A stretch of DNA of 64,000 nucleotides from Squalus acanthias (GCA_030390025.1 CM059431.1:100628001-100692000), one strand, 5' to 3'; positions 37,675 to 51,604 are shown, counted from the first letter of the stretch. Translations and numbers: made by a program. The notes: a model not told the origin generated them from the sequence alone.

Positions 37675-37952
37675 AAAAGTAATTGGTAGGAGGTTTAGAG
37701 GGGATTTGAGGAGAACATTCTTCACCCAGAGTATGGTGGGGGTCTGGAACTCACTGCCTGAAAGGGTGGTAGAGGCAGAAACCCTCATCGCATTTAAAAA
37801 GTTCTTGGCTATGCACTTGAAGTGCCGTAACCTACAAGGCTATGGACCAAGTGCTGGAAAGTGGGATTAGGCTGGATAGCTCTTTGTCGGCCGGCACGGA
37901 CAAGATGGGCTGAATGGCCTCCTTCTGTGCTGTAAATTTCTATGATTCTATG
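37675..37952 (+). mobile_element. CR1 3' end
   Basis: gtctggaactcactgcctgaaagggtgg...(ttctatga) tail. Confidence 0.85.
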
Positions 37953-38403
37953 ACCAATTTTCAGGTAATATGTTAGTTGCAATCTGAAGCGCAAACCTCT
38001 ACCACCAAATGGCGGAATGCTGGTTTACTTCTGTAATTACTTTTCGAAAGAGCCGGCACGGACTCGATGGGCTGAATTGCCTCCTTCTGTTCTGTACTAT
38101 TCTATGATTCCATGATTCTAATTGCCCCATGTACTGAGTTTTTGATCTTTCATTTAATTTCAAGCACAGGCCAGGAATTGTATCACCTGGGAGAGGGATT
38201 AAAAAACAGAATTGCTTTAAACTGCTCTTGTGCATCCCCTAGTGATTAGTGAAGTTGGTACTGCCAGGGGCCTAAGAGTCAGTCACTTGCTGTGGTTCTG
38301 GCCAGGGATAGCGTGTAACATGAGCAGACAGTAACAAATGCCCTACAAAAAGCACACCACTATTCTTTCACTAAATTCATAAATTAAGTAAAAATGTACT
38401 AAC

Positions 38404-38472
38404 TTTTGATATCATAGGATCGTAATAAATACTGATGTCACTTCCTTCTTGAATGCCACTGTCAATTCGGAC
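38404..38472 (-). CDS. PCCA: PCCA exon (exon 15 equivalent, 69 nt)
   Basis: tcggtag|GTC...AAA|gttagt; encodes [23 protein letters not shown]. Confidence 0.97.
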
Positions 38473-39944
38473 CTACCGAAGAAAAACAAATTCAGACTGA
38501 TTTAAGCACTTGTTCAAAAGTTTACCACAAAGTAACGTAATACATACATACCTATCAGACAAATACATTTTACAATATTAATACACATAAAACCAATTAC
38601 TTGAGTGTGTCACTTAAGGGTAGACCTTTACTAGAAGCCCTCAGACAGTTATGAATTTGACGTGCTTTTATTAATTCAGCACCATACACTGCATATCTTA
38701 CAATATTCCCATAATACCTTCACTCTAACAGTACAACAGTTATGCCTGTATTTCCCCCAGAGTGATGACTGTTTACACAGCTTTTTTCCATAGCCTGCTC
38801 GACATCTAGCCCACAGTCCCATTAAACAGTATGGCCATGGTATATAGCACAGGAGTTTGGTTTAACAAAAAGAAAATTAGCACATTGCAGATTCTGGTTT
38901 CCTTCGCTGTTTGACTTCATTAATGTTATATTGGGATTAGCTGTATGAAAACGGTTTTAAAATTACCTGCTCCTGGGGCATAAGTATTTATTAAATTGCT
39001 CTTGTCAAGATATAGCCTCCAAAGTATTTAAAAACTAATCAAAAAATTCGAGACAGATAGAATCGTCCCGGGGATCTTGAGAACAAAAAGCAAGTCCAAG
39101 CTACTGGAACAGCAGGGCTCCGAGATACAACATTGTGACAAAATAAACCCAAGGAAACTCTCACAGATCTTCACCAGGGGAAGAAACCCTCATAATAAAC
39201 AGCAGCAGCACATCTGTTTGCAACCAGGCAGATACAAGATGGTACTGTGATGCCTGCTACAAATTTTTTAATATTTTAATTTAGGTGATTGTCCAGGGGA
39301 TTAAAATGTAGATTTTCTGGTCTGCTGCAGCCAGAGTCTGCTACAAAGATGTCTTTATTTCCAACACAGCGAGTGATTGAAGCTAGTTCGGAGAACATGT
39401 AGGCTGGTTTCAAATCAGCTTAATTTGCTTATCTAGCATTTTGGCCCCCCGTTTTCATTTTCTAGTATTCTCCGTTTGTTATTTACGAACATATGGACAA
39501 TGGCAGACTGGAAAAGACCCTCTGGTCCATCCAGCCTGTCCCACATGATTGTGGTACCTTGTGTATCACAATATGTAGACTCTCCACCCCACCCAAAAAA
39601 CCATGTGATCTCCTGGGAGAGGTGAAAAATCATGATAAAAATTCAGGCCAATTTGGGGAACAAAATCTGGGAAATTCTTCTCTGACCCTCCCTCCCATGG
39701 CAATCAAAACTAGTTCAGATCACTCTGGCCCTGAATTCTATGCTGTACCTAACTTTTGCACAAGGTGATCTCCGCCCCAGCCGGAAACAGGTCCAGCTCT
39801 CGCTTGTACGAATCTATATGTTTGAAAGATCACTACGTTTTACAGCACAAATATGGTAGGTCTTGCATCAGTTTTGCCGCATGATTTTTTAACTATAACC
39901 AGATCAGTTAATAACCACATGTTTGAAGGCAGGTTGGCTCCAGA

Positions 39945-40480
39945 ACATAGGAACGTTCAGCCCCTCGAGCCTGTTCTGCCATTCAATGAGATCCTGGCTG
40001 ATCTGCCATCTAACTCCATATATCCACCTTTGGCCCATATCCCTTAATACCTTTGGTTAACAAAAAGTTAATTACAAGTTGTTGTTGCTGCTATCAATCT
40101 CAGATTTAGCATTAACAACTGATCTAGCATCAATTGCCATTTGCGGAAGAGAGTTCCAAACTTCTACCACCCTTTGTGTGTAGAAGTGTTTCCTAATTTC
40201 ACTCCTGAAAGGTCTGGCTCTAATTTTTAGACTATGCCCCCTAGTCCTAGACTCCCCAACCAGTGGAATAGTTTCTCTCTATCGACCCTATCTGTTCCCC
40301 TTAATATCCTGAAAACTTCGATCAGATCACCCCTTAACCTTCTAAATTCTAGGGAATACAACCCTAGTTTGTGTAATCTCTCCTCGTAACTTAACCCTTG
40401 AAGTCCGGGTATCATTCTGGTAAACCTACGCTGCCCTCCCTCCAAGGCCAATATATCCTTCCTAAGGTGTGGTGCCCAGA
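39945..40480 (-). mobile_element. CR1 3' fragment
   Basis: ORF 40227..40499 FWAPHLRKDILALE; close relative of 25915-26407 and 35110-35615. Confidence 0.88.
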
Positions 40481-40737
40481 AAAGAATGATCGTAACCAAA
40501 GTTTTTCAAATCACAACTCCCAACTTCAGTTAGTTAATAGTTAAAACTTGCCTGCACTCACTGTTCCTATTTCAATGGTTAGATGGAGGAAGGCTACTGG
40601 ACGAAGTGCAGATGCATTTTTCAAAGCAGGGAAAGGTAAAATACTGGAAGAGCCAGTGCTAATGTGCAAAAGTACACCATCCGTTCTTACTGCCCACGGC
40701 TGTGGACTTCCAGTTTAACTATAATTTGCTTCCTCTT

Positions 40738-41472
40738 CACTGTCCCATCAAACACTCCCAGGGCAGGCACAGCACGGGTTAGATACAGAGTAAAGCTCTC
40801 TCTACACTGTCCCATCAAACACTCCCAGGGCAGGTACAGCACGGGTTAAATAGAGTAAAGCTCCCTCTACACTGTCCCATCAAACACTCCCAAAGCAAGT
40901 ACAGCATGGGTTAAATAGAGTAAAGCTCCCTCTACACTGTCCCATCAACTCTCTCAGGGCAGGTACAGCATGGGTTAGATACAGAGTAAAGCTCCCTCTA
41001 CACTGTCCCATCAACTCTCTCAGGGCAGGTACAGCACGGGTTAGATAGAGTAAAGCTCCCTCTACACTGCCCCATCAAACACTCCCAGGGCAGGTACAGC
41101 ACGGGTTAGATACAGAGTAAAGCTCCCTCTACACTGTCCCATCAAACACTCCCAGGGCAGGTACAGCACGGGTTAGATACAGAGTGAAGCTCCCTCTACA
41201 CTGTCCCATCAAACACTCCCAGGGCAGGTACAGCACGGGTTAGATATAGAGTAAAGCGCCCTCTACACTGTCCCATCAGCACTCCCAAAGCAGGTACAGC
41301 ATGGGTTAGATATAGAGTAAAGCTCCCTCTACACTGTCCCATCAGCACTCCCAGGGCAGGTACAGCACGGGTTAGATATAGAGTAAAGCTCCCTCTACAC
41401 TGTCCCCATCAAACACTCCCAGGGCAGGTACAGCACGAGTTAGATATAGAGCAAAGCTCCCTCTACACTGTT
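40738..41472. repeat. Tandem repeat, unit about 65-67 bp, about 11 copies
   Basis: ctctacactgtcccatcaaacactcccagggcaggtacagcacgggttagatacagagtaaagctcc repeated head to tail. Confidence 0.95.
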
Positions 41473-42387
41473 CCAGCGACAAAACAGCATCGGTGGGTAG
41501 GACAGATTATTTTAAAACAATTCGCTGAGAGCTTGATCTCAGTAACAAATACCAAATATTTATTTCCCCGTGTATTTCTGTTGGTGAGAGGGGGGTGAAG
41601 GTTCCAATAGTGAATATTTTTGGTTCGTGAAATTAGGAAACTGATGGAATGAGAATTCAGTATCTACCGGAAATAAAAAGCAAATTTTCTTCGACCCTTC
41701 TGAATTTATATATTAAAGTAAGCAACATTCAGCGAGGCGATTTAGTCACATACTTTATTCAATTATTCAAGATTATAGCATTATTCCAACTTCACTTCCA
41801 GAAAATTCAGATGGGGAGGGGAAGAGAGGAAACAAAAACACTTTTGATCCTCATCAGAACAAACTATAATCTCTCACTCATTCCTGTTCCTACAGTACAG
41901 CCCCCACAACTTAAAATGACAACGTTTAAAACAGCCAGTTGCGTATATCGACCAAAAAGTGATAACCCATAAACATTTGTATTAACGTCAATTTCAAAGT
42001 TGCCGGTTGCAGCGTTTTACGTGCTTGCCGTGCTTACGTGCGAATGACCAGGGTACACAGTCAGTTACTGGCACAGAATCCATCAGATTCAGCAACATTA
42101 GAGTCTAGAGCAACGGTTAGTGTCAAAGTTGGGCAGTTAGTGCGCGCGGTAAAGTCCAAAGTTAGCATTTCTTTTGTTTCTGTGTCAATAGTCTCCACAT
42201 ATACACAGCTAACTCAGGGTGATGAAAAGCACCACCCAAACAGATTCAAAATAATAAAAATAATTTAATTCCCAGTGGTTATACGTCAGTTTGGTGCTTT
42301 CCCGGTCAGGTCAACACATATAATAAACCAGTGACGGCAACTTTCTTGTTATATAACGTTGCTACTTTATTCCAGGCATCGCATATG

Positions 42388-43300
42388 GCAACAACAACTT
42401 GCATTTATATGGCACCTTTAACGTAGTAAAACGTCCCAAGGCGCTTCACAGGAGCGATTATTAAACAAAATTTGACACCGAGCCACATGAAAGAAAGACT
42501 TGCATTTATATAGCGCATTTCACGACCATCGGATGTCTCAGAGCACTTTACAGCCAATTAAGTACTTTTTGAAGTGTAGTCACTGTTGTAATGTAAAAAA
42601 TGCGGCAGCCAATTTGCGCACAGCAAGCTCCCACAAACAGCAATGTGATAATCACCATATAATCTGTTTTTGTTATGTTGATTGAGGGATAAATAATGGC
42701 CAGGACACCGGGGAGAACTCCCCTGCTCTTCTTCGAAATAGTGCCATGGGATCTTTCACCCGAGAGAGCAGACAGGGCCTCGGTTTAACGTCTCATCTGA
42801 AAGATGGCATCTCTGACAGTGCAGCACTCCCTCAGCACTACACTGGAGTGTCAGCCTAGATTTTTGTGCTCGAGTCCCTGGAGAGTGGGATAAAGAGATA
42901 TTAGGACAGGTGGGTCAAAGACTTTTAAGGAGCATCTTAAAGGAGGAAAGAAAGGTTTAGGGAGGCGGAGAGGTTGAGGGAGGGAATTCCAGAGCTTGGG
43001 GCCCAGGCAGCTGAAGGCACGGCCGCCAATGGTGGGGTGATGAAAATCGGGGTTGCGCAAGAGGCCAGAATTGGAGGAGCGCAGAGATCACGGCGGGGGG
43101 GGGGGGGGGGGGGGGGCGGCGGTTGTAGGGCTGGAGGAGGTTAGCGAGATAGGGAGGGCGAGAGGCATGGAGGGATTTGAACACAATGATGAAAATGTTA
43201 AAATCGAGGCATTGCCGGACTGGGAGCCTATGTAGGTCAACCAGCACAGGGGGTGATGAGTGAACGGGACTGGGTGCGAGTTAAGACACGGGCAGTGGAT
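42388..43300 (-). mobile_element. L2 3' fragment with an inserted Deu-domain SINE (about 42492-42885)
   Basis: L2 tail (caacaacaacttgcatttatat), then the SINE reverse complement, then L2 resumes (aagagatattaggacagg...). Confidence 0.85.
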
Positions 43301-46270
43301 CACGTTTGCTCACTATAAGCAGTGGGGACTGTATTACTGCTCTCCAGTGCTATGGCTGCCAATGCGCCTACCGCCACTGAAATTTCCCTTTCCAATGCCG
43401 ATTTCTAACTTCCTGTATAACAATGAATCATTTTGAAACATACCTTAAAAGGGACTAGTAATAAACAGATTAGCTAAGAGTTTGAGACATGTATGCATGC
43501 AAATTAAGTTTTACACATTATTTATGCTCCATTCTAAACCTTTTTACCCTGAAAAATCATCATGGGCTATAAGCTCCTTTCTTCCAGCTCACCTGCTGAT
43601 ATTTTTATCTTAATTGTTACTGTGTCGTGCAATATTTGCCATTACGCGGTTAGTGACCACCAATTCTAGATAATGGAAAACCCTTTCCAAGAAAGAAAAC
43701 AAACACAATTATGTGGGAGTAGCCCCTTGGCTCATGCTAATACTCAGTGCTAAATTCCAAGATTTTAATACTACCTCCAACTAATATTTAAATTTATTGC
43801 CATGGCAAAGTTCCCCCCCCCACCCCCACCATTTTCAGCCAGACCAACAGAATGAACGCATGGTAATGGAACTTGCAAGCAAATTCTCTGTCTGGGAAGG
43901 GATACAAGTTCAAAAATAATCAAGTAGAGGACCCAAATAAAAGACTCCCATTGACGAATGGAGACGAGAATGATGGCCAGTCGACAATTCAAACTGCTCC
44001 ATCCTTCCAGCGAATAAAAGAATGCGGAGACAAAAAAAGTACAACTGATAGGGATGCTGGAGAGTCGTTCTACAGGTCCAGCAATCTCCAAAGGGTTAAA
44101 AATGTGTTTCATTCACTCACAAATGAAGGATATAACTGAACTGAAAGGTATCATTGGTGCGCCATTCTGTTAACGCGATAATTGGAACAATTGCTTTAGC
44201 ATTCTTAACTTTCCAAAATTGGCCCACCTAATCGCTGCAACTCTATGTTTTCACGAGGAGAGGAAAGCACTGGACATGACCTACAAGTTAAGTGGGAAAA
44301 CTTAACTGTATCACGCACTCAGCTACTTGTCAAAACCCCTCACATGAAAAATAACTGTCACCTTATTGATATGAAACAGAATGAAGATAACGCAAGAGCA
44401 GGATAAATGTCAGATCCCACTCAACATAATCTGTTTCGCAATGTTCCAGAGCCTCCAGCGTAATTAAAAATTCTGCTTATCGGTACCCTGACAAGCTACG
44501 TGAAGCTATCAGGCGTCTCCCCACCCTTCATTCTCTATTCACCTCTCCCCTAAGCACTACTCCCAGTCTGCCTTGTTTACCTGACAAGTGACAGAACAAT
44601 CTGATTAAATGTTTGCAGGGGGAGGGGGCTTGTGAGCTTCCATGACAGGCCAAAAGTGATCACCATGGAGATACATAATTACAGCTGTCAAAAGCATCTA
44701 CTGTCCCGCTGGCATCAATTTGATTGCTCCCAGCAATAATGATAGACAAAGCTTAGTGCGCACTCCCCTGCACCCAATCACGTTATCTGTTGCTTGGTCC
44801 ATTTAGCTGACATGCAACATTCACACAAGCAAATAACAGCAGTAAGCATAACATTTAAGGCATTTTAATTGTTTTTTTTCTTTATGCTGATGTCTTACAA
44901 GCGTAAGTGTTATTACATAAAACTCCTGCTGTAGCATTAATTGAAGGAGGATTTGGTGGGACAAGAACCGTAGGGGGTAGAATATGTCCATTATCACTTG
45001 TGCTTTCAACAGGTGGCACGTTTTAAAAACTGCAAATTGCAAAACTTGCAAGGGCAAAAGGTTTGACATCATTTTATCTAGAGGCAAATGGCAAATTTCC
45101 CTGCATTCTCATTCATCCAAAAAAGCAGCTGCTGTATTTTCCTGCACTTTCAGGAATCAGAAAGGCAATTACGTTTTCTTTTTTTAAATATGAAACTCTG
45201 AAGGTGGCGACCTGCAGTTTCCGCTTGGGGGCGCAATCGGCAAACTGCGGCCAGAATCCGCCCATTTGGCCAAGGTGAAATTGCGCCCAGGTTTCGGTGC
45301 AAACTCTTTGGCATAAGCCCGAAGGTCAAAGCTCCCGTGAATCAAGCAGCGCAATGGATCGGAATCGCCAAAACCCTAATTACGGTGTCACAGGTAATGA
45401 GTTTGGGAACCGTCTTTATCAACTCGGATGGTCATTTTGGAATTCTGTGACATCTTCTTTGCTTTTCCATTACCATATCTGATATGAATTTCTTTAATAA
45501 CTGTTACTGAAATAGTTCCGTTGAATGTATGGGCTTTAGTAACATTACTTTTTCACTTGGAATCACAATTCAAACTGTGGTCCCGCTTCACAAAGAGGAG
45601 CGGGATGGCCGTGAAATGAGCCATTCACCAACTTTTTAAACTAATTGATTGATTTCTGCGGCAGCAGAGCAGGACTCGTGGCTTCAACTGACTGCCGGTC
45701 AGGTGATTAACGCTGGATTAATGTGGCCATGGGTGTCTCTGAGAATCTGAACCAGCGCAATTGACGGAAACTCGGCTTTCGAACCCGGCCCGGGGGGGCG
45801 GGGGGAGGGTTGACCAGTTTCGTGGGCGGGGCCTGGTTAGGGCGAAAGGATCATTGAACGGACTTAAAAGATCGCGCGGATACTTGGGCGCAATGCAGTT
45901 ATGGGCGTGACTCGCTTATATGCCTAAAATTCTGCGACCTTTTGCGCAACTTGACTTGGTCTCACCCAGTTTAAGCCGTTATCCGGGCGGAAATCATGTG
46001 GCGATTCCAGACTGGCGTTCCTTTGGAAAGTGCATTCGAAAAAAAAACCTCAATTACTTCTGGTAACCTTTATTCTTCAAACAGTGTGTGCGACATTTAC
46101 TGAACGCCTCCTTATATTCTTTTAGTTGAAGTGGAGAAATGAATCACGAGGTTTCTAATGTTTTCGTATCTCACTGAGAAGTCATAACTGATTTTGTTTA
46201 AATATATAAAAACAGCTGTGGCTTTCATCAAAAGGCACTCAGCAAACAACACAGCACTCAGATAACTTAC

Positions 46271-46345
46271 ATTGGGCACGTGCAAAGGTTCTTTATACTG
46301 GGAGAGGCGGCCAATCGAAGGCAGTCCAAAAGATTTGTAGGGATC
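46271..46345 (-). CDS. PCCA: PCCA exon (exon 14 equivalent, 75 nt)
   Basis: tttctag|GAT...AAT|gtaagt; encodes [25 protein letters not shown]. Confidence 0.97.
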
Positions 46346-46876
46346 CTAGAAAAGGAAGTTCAAACAAGAGGAAGCATTAACTTTAAAATAAAACACAGGA
46401 AACAAGGTTAACTGTTCATACAAGCTGGAGCTATTGACGAGGCTATTTTTGATCACTTAAGGCATTAAATTACACGAGGAGCCTTTTCACTCCTCATTTT
46501 TATCACCGACCAAATGACCAATAAACACCTCTCCCATTCAAAAGATTTGCATCGGTTTCCTGATTAGCATAACAAGTTACAAAATTATTAGAGTGCCTTT
46601 AAAGACAACAGAGAAAGCAACAGCACAAAGCCTTCAGGATGTCAGAGGCAATTAAGCAAGGATCACTTTATGGAAGGAAAAGAACTAAAGTTTAGGGAAG
46701 CTGGGGGGGGGGGGGGGGGGGGCGAGCTATTGTCCAACCTGCATCATCTCGCACCAGCGATATCAAGCGTCTGCTTATTAATTTTATATTCCAACTTAAT
46801 GACTAAGCAAGTCTATCCCAGCTCTAAATCCATCAGATGGCATTTGGCACGAACTGCGATGCCAACTAAAATTTAC

Positions 46877-47020
46877 CTCTGCATACACTCTGCATTCAAT
46901 TGCCCAGCCATTGATGGGAATATCAGCTTGCTTGTGGCAAAGTGGGTAACCCTTGGCAACGCGGATCATTTCTTGGACTAGGTCCAGGCCAGTAATGCAT
47001 TCGGTGACAGGATGCTCAAC
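46877..47020 (-). CDS. PCCA: PCCA exon (exon 13 equivalent, 144 nt)
   Basis: ccttgcag|GTT...GAG|gtaaat; encodes [48 protein letters not shown] (inside ORF 46796..47059). Confidence 0.97.
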
Positions 47021-47192
47021 CTGCAAGGTCACAAATTGCCAGTCATTAAGGGAAAACAACGAAAGAAGAAAATCTACACAAAGCTGGAAAGTGCTAGAGC
47101 TCGCCAGCCAAGGACAAGACTGTTACTCCAGCCGTCGCTTCTTATTTCATTATCAGTAAATGGAGACTTTAAACAAAAACAGAGAATCGAAA

Positions 47193-47668
47193 ACACACAC
47201 ACCCTCACACATGCACACACTCAGACATACACACGATTCTGTGTGACATGCACACACACATACATTCACACACTCAGACATTCACACATGCACACACTCA
47301 GACATACACACATACATGCGCACACACATGCAGACACATACACACACCCTCACACATGCACACACTCAGACATACACACATACACACACTCAGACATACA
47401 CATACACACTCAGACATACACACACACACTCAGACATACACACATGCACACACTCAGACATACACACATGCACACTCAGACATACACACTCAGACATACA
47501 CACATACATGCGCACACACATGCAGACACATACACACCCTCACATACACACCCACTCACACATACACACCCTCAGACCACACACACACATAGATGCAAAC
47601 ACACTCAACACACCCTCACACACACTCTCACGCGCACACACACATATACACACACACGTAATCACACA
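47193..47668. repeat. Degenerate (CA)n-rich repeat with a cacactcagacata subunit
   Basis: Seen directly; explains the HT-rich ORFs. Confidence 0.95.
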
Positions 47669-49482
47669 AACCACAGTTATGTAATCCTGTATGGTTTTAA
47701 GAAACGGTTATTAGCCTCTGTTGATAGGTCTGCTCTGTTACTTAACACTATATGCTCTGAAGTGTTCTGTGATTTCCTGACGAACAGTTTATCCTAAATC
47801 TCATTCATTTGCCTGCTTCACCTAACCTGTCCTGACAAGCAACCAGATTAATGTAATCTTACATCAACCCAGTGCAGCAGAAATGAGCAGATGGATCCTT
47901 CAGGTTTTTTTTTCCCTCCAGACTAAACTGTGCAGTGCTTAGCATGCACAATAGCTGGGCTGAACCAATGCAGTCACTGTGCGATCAGCAAATTGCTGCT
48001 AACAGCTTCGCATGATGCTGTTAAGGGAATACCCAGTCTGAATACACATACTGGCCAGTCTAGGTCTCTAACCTCAGTCAGGATGGATCTAGCAGAGGGA
48101 GAAAAAAAGCAAGCATTTTTATCTTGACATTTGAAACCATGTAAATCAGATGGCTGCATTTCAAAAAATTCAATGTGGGTTTTCTGGATATAAGTGAATG
48201 TGCTGACATCCAGGTAAAACTCCAATGCTACCATTTTTAATGTCGAGCAAAATGTTACCAGACACTTGTTTACTGGGCGATTTCAGCAGAGACTGGCTCA
48301 GTATATACAGAGCAGATGGTGCAATTAACTCAGTACGGGCTTTTATTCCAAGGAAATTTTCTTCATAATTAACTGACATTTTGACATTTTTCTAATAAAA
48401 GTCATTACTTAAAGAGCAAACAGTTTGTACAGTGTAAATCTGGCAAATGGGACTGTGGAACAAGCAAACACATTTAATTCTTTTAAAGGATAATTTAGTT
48501 ATCAGGCAACAGCACTCAATTTGAGTAATCAAAACTTCGACCACGACAAAACTGTTTTCTCTGCATTCCGAATGCTGCGTATGATAAATACTGAAAATCA
48601 CAAACCTTTTTTTATGCTTCAGCAATACCGCTGAACTGTCCCAATGTATATTTTCATCTTGTTGCAAAAATACTGCACAAGACTCTCAGTGGGTTTCTAT
48701 ATTTATAGTACGAGCTGGACTGACCACCTTTCCCAGTTGGACCAAGCTGGTCAAATGAAGAACGTTTCAAAAAAAAAGAATGCATGACCAGAAAAGGAGC
48801 TGTAAGATATAGCCTGCCAAAAAAACTGCTCACTAGCCATGATACTGCTACATGAAGTCTTCAGAACCAATTCTCAGTGGCTCAGCTCACTACTATGTTG
48901 CCTACTGTGGCTTTTCAGCCGTACATATCAAAGGAGAGAAAACGGCCGAGGCTCCAGCTCTTGATACAGATCCAGTGACCGCCCCCTGCCCCCCCCCCCC
49001 CCCCCGCCCCGCTGAAAGTGCATGTATGCAACATTTGGGTGAGATGAGGATCGGGCTCTGTGGTACCCAGCGTGGTAGATTAGCCTCCTGAAGCTCACTG
49101 TCCAAAAGGTACCACATTAAGAAATGGCCGCTTGGGATGATTATCAAGGGAGGCTTCTCAAACCATTCCAATAAAAAGGCAGCAATTCATGCTGCCCCAT
49201 AAATGTAGATTCCTGAAATCCACCGGGGCGGGGGGTGGAGGGTGTGGGCAATTAAAGAACCATTTCCTAGATGGTTGGCTGCCTTTGGATCCCTCAGAGC
49301 TTAAAAAACATAATCTAGTAAGAAACCCAACAACAGCTCACTTTGCAACCAAAGTTTTCCAGACATTCACCAAGGTGAGAGACGGTATAGCAATTCACAA
49401 CGAGCTTGGGAGAAGGATCCTGGGGTAGAGCCCATCACCTTCAATTGGTCAGCAACTTGGTCAAATGCATAAAAAGATAGAA

Positions 49483-49857
49483 AGATCTTGCATTTATAAA
49501 GCGTCTTTCACGACCTCAGGACGTCCCAAAGCGCTTTACTGCCAATGAAGTACTTTTGAACTACTGTTGTAATGTAGGAAACGCGACAGCCAATCTGCGC
49601 GCAGCAAGTTCCCACAAACAGCAATGTGATAATGACTAGCCCGTCTGTTTTGGTGATGTTGGTGGAGGGATAAATATTGGCCAAGACCCCGGGGAGAACT
49701 CCCCTGCTTGTCTTCGAAATGGTGCCATGGGATCTTTTACATCCCGAGAGGGCAGACCGGACCTCGGTTTACCATCTCATCAGAAAGACGGCCCCTCCGA
49801 TAGTGCAGCACTCCCTCAGTACTGCACTGGGAGTGGCAGCCTAGATTTTGTGCTCAA
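49483..49857 (-). mobile_element. Deu-domain SINE, head truncated
   Basis: Reverse complement of the family body and tail. Confidence 0.87.
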
Positions 49858-50694
49858 GATTTTTAATGCATCATTAATATCTAGCAGTGTATATATTAGC
49901 CAATTCAATTCTAAACCCTCCGCAGGTTATATCCCACTCCACACAGAATATCTAGATTGGACTACTTGCCAGAGGATAGATGTTATCTCAGAAGTGAGTA
50001 TTCTCCTTCACATTCTGCAGCACTTAGCAAAATCTTCCCCTTTTTGAAAACCATAGATGAGCACAATAGCCAAGGCAACTGGGGTAACAATTGATAACGA
50101 TCCTGAAATATTTTTATTGCAATTACTCTCAGATATCGAAACTTCACAGTGATCACAGAGAATGATTCCATCAGCATAATTGGCAGCAAAGAGGCTTATT
50201 GTCCCGCCATGGTAATCATGGAAGCCACCTGGGTAATCCTACTAGGTGAATTAAGTCCTTAAAAAAATGAACGTAGAGCCTGGTGTTTTTCATGGGAATA
50301 CACAAAGTCCATTAGGTGCAGAAATGAGCAATGGAGGTATATAGTTAGGAATCAATCTCTCTACCAGAGCCTGGGAATGCAGGGGGCTACATTTCCAACA
50401 CATCCAGGGTTAGAGCAGGGTACTTGGCGTTCTCCTTTCTGCTGGTCATTTGGAAGTGGTAACAACCCTGAGGTTGATGGCGGAGGCGGAGGTGGATAGG
50501 GACACCTGAGAGTACGTGCAAAAGTTGACTCCATGTTTCTGGATGATGCTACTGAGGGGTAGCACACAAACCATTAACAGGAGGGGCCAAGAATGGGAGT
50601 ACATGACTGATCACTGCGGGCACAGTAAGAAAAGCCATGAAAGGAGATGTGGTAGCTCTCTCAATGCGACAGACTGGAGTGGAATGATGAATCA

Positions 50695-51078
50695 GCATAG
50701 GAACAGGAGGAGGCCATTCAGCCCCTTGAGCCTGCTCCACCTTTCAATTAGATCATGACGGATCTGTACATTAACTCCATTTACCCGCCTTGATTCCATA
50801 TCCCTTAATACCCTTACTTATCAATTGACCCCCAGCCTCAACAGATTTTTGGGGAGGGAGTTCCAGATTTCCACCACCCTTTGTGTGAAGAAGTGCTTCC
50901 TGACATCACCCCTGAACGGCCTGGCTCTAATTTTAAGGTTATGTCCCCATGTTCTGGACTCCCCCACCAGAAGAAATAGTTTCTCTCTACCCGATCAACT
51001 CCTTTAATCATCTTAAACACCTCATTTAGATCACCCCTTAATCTTCTATACTCAAAGGAATTAAAGCCTAATCTATAC
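50695..51078 (-). mobile_element. CR1 3' fragment
   Basis: YRRLRGDLNEVFK plus 3' UTR. Confidence 0.8.
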
Positions 51079-51604
51079 AATACCAAGAAATATTTTGAAA
51101 TGTGGATGTGAGTGCTGTTCGCTTTCTTGTACAGCACAATGTCTCAACTTTACGAGTGGGTCTGATAAATTGGGAATAGTAGTAAAGAATGTTATGGACA
51201 AAACTCAAATCAAGTAATTTCCTCCCATTCTGCTGCCAAAAGGAGTGGCAAGATTAAGATAAACATTTAAAAAACATCCTGATTCAATCAGTATTCAAAA
51301 GCTGAAATTGTGGTCAGTACAGTGTATGTGCAACACCTCAGAAGTGTGTGAGCACCTCTCTTTAGGGTCACCAGGAAACACCCATCCTCTAAACTGGGTG
51401 TGAGATTTCAGATTCTCAACATCACTCCACTAAGCAACAACTGTCCACTTTTACCATTCAAACTCAACACAAGTACTTAAAATAGGCAAAAGATCACCAT
51501 AAAACTGCTATCTAAATGAAACAGTTACTTCAACTCAATTCACCAAATTCTGCTTTTAAAGGCAGAATTATGAAATGAAAGAGAGAAAGAAAGAAAGAGA
51601 AAGA

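Noticed and set aside
40738..41472. Regular array resembling CRISPR
   Set aside because: Head-to-tail units with no unique spacers, in a vertebrate context.
47012..47797. His/Thr-rich ORFs
   Set aside because: Translation of the CA-rich repeat.
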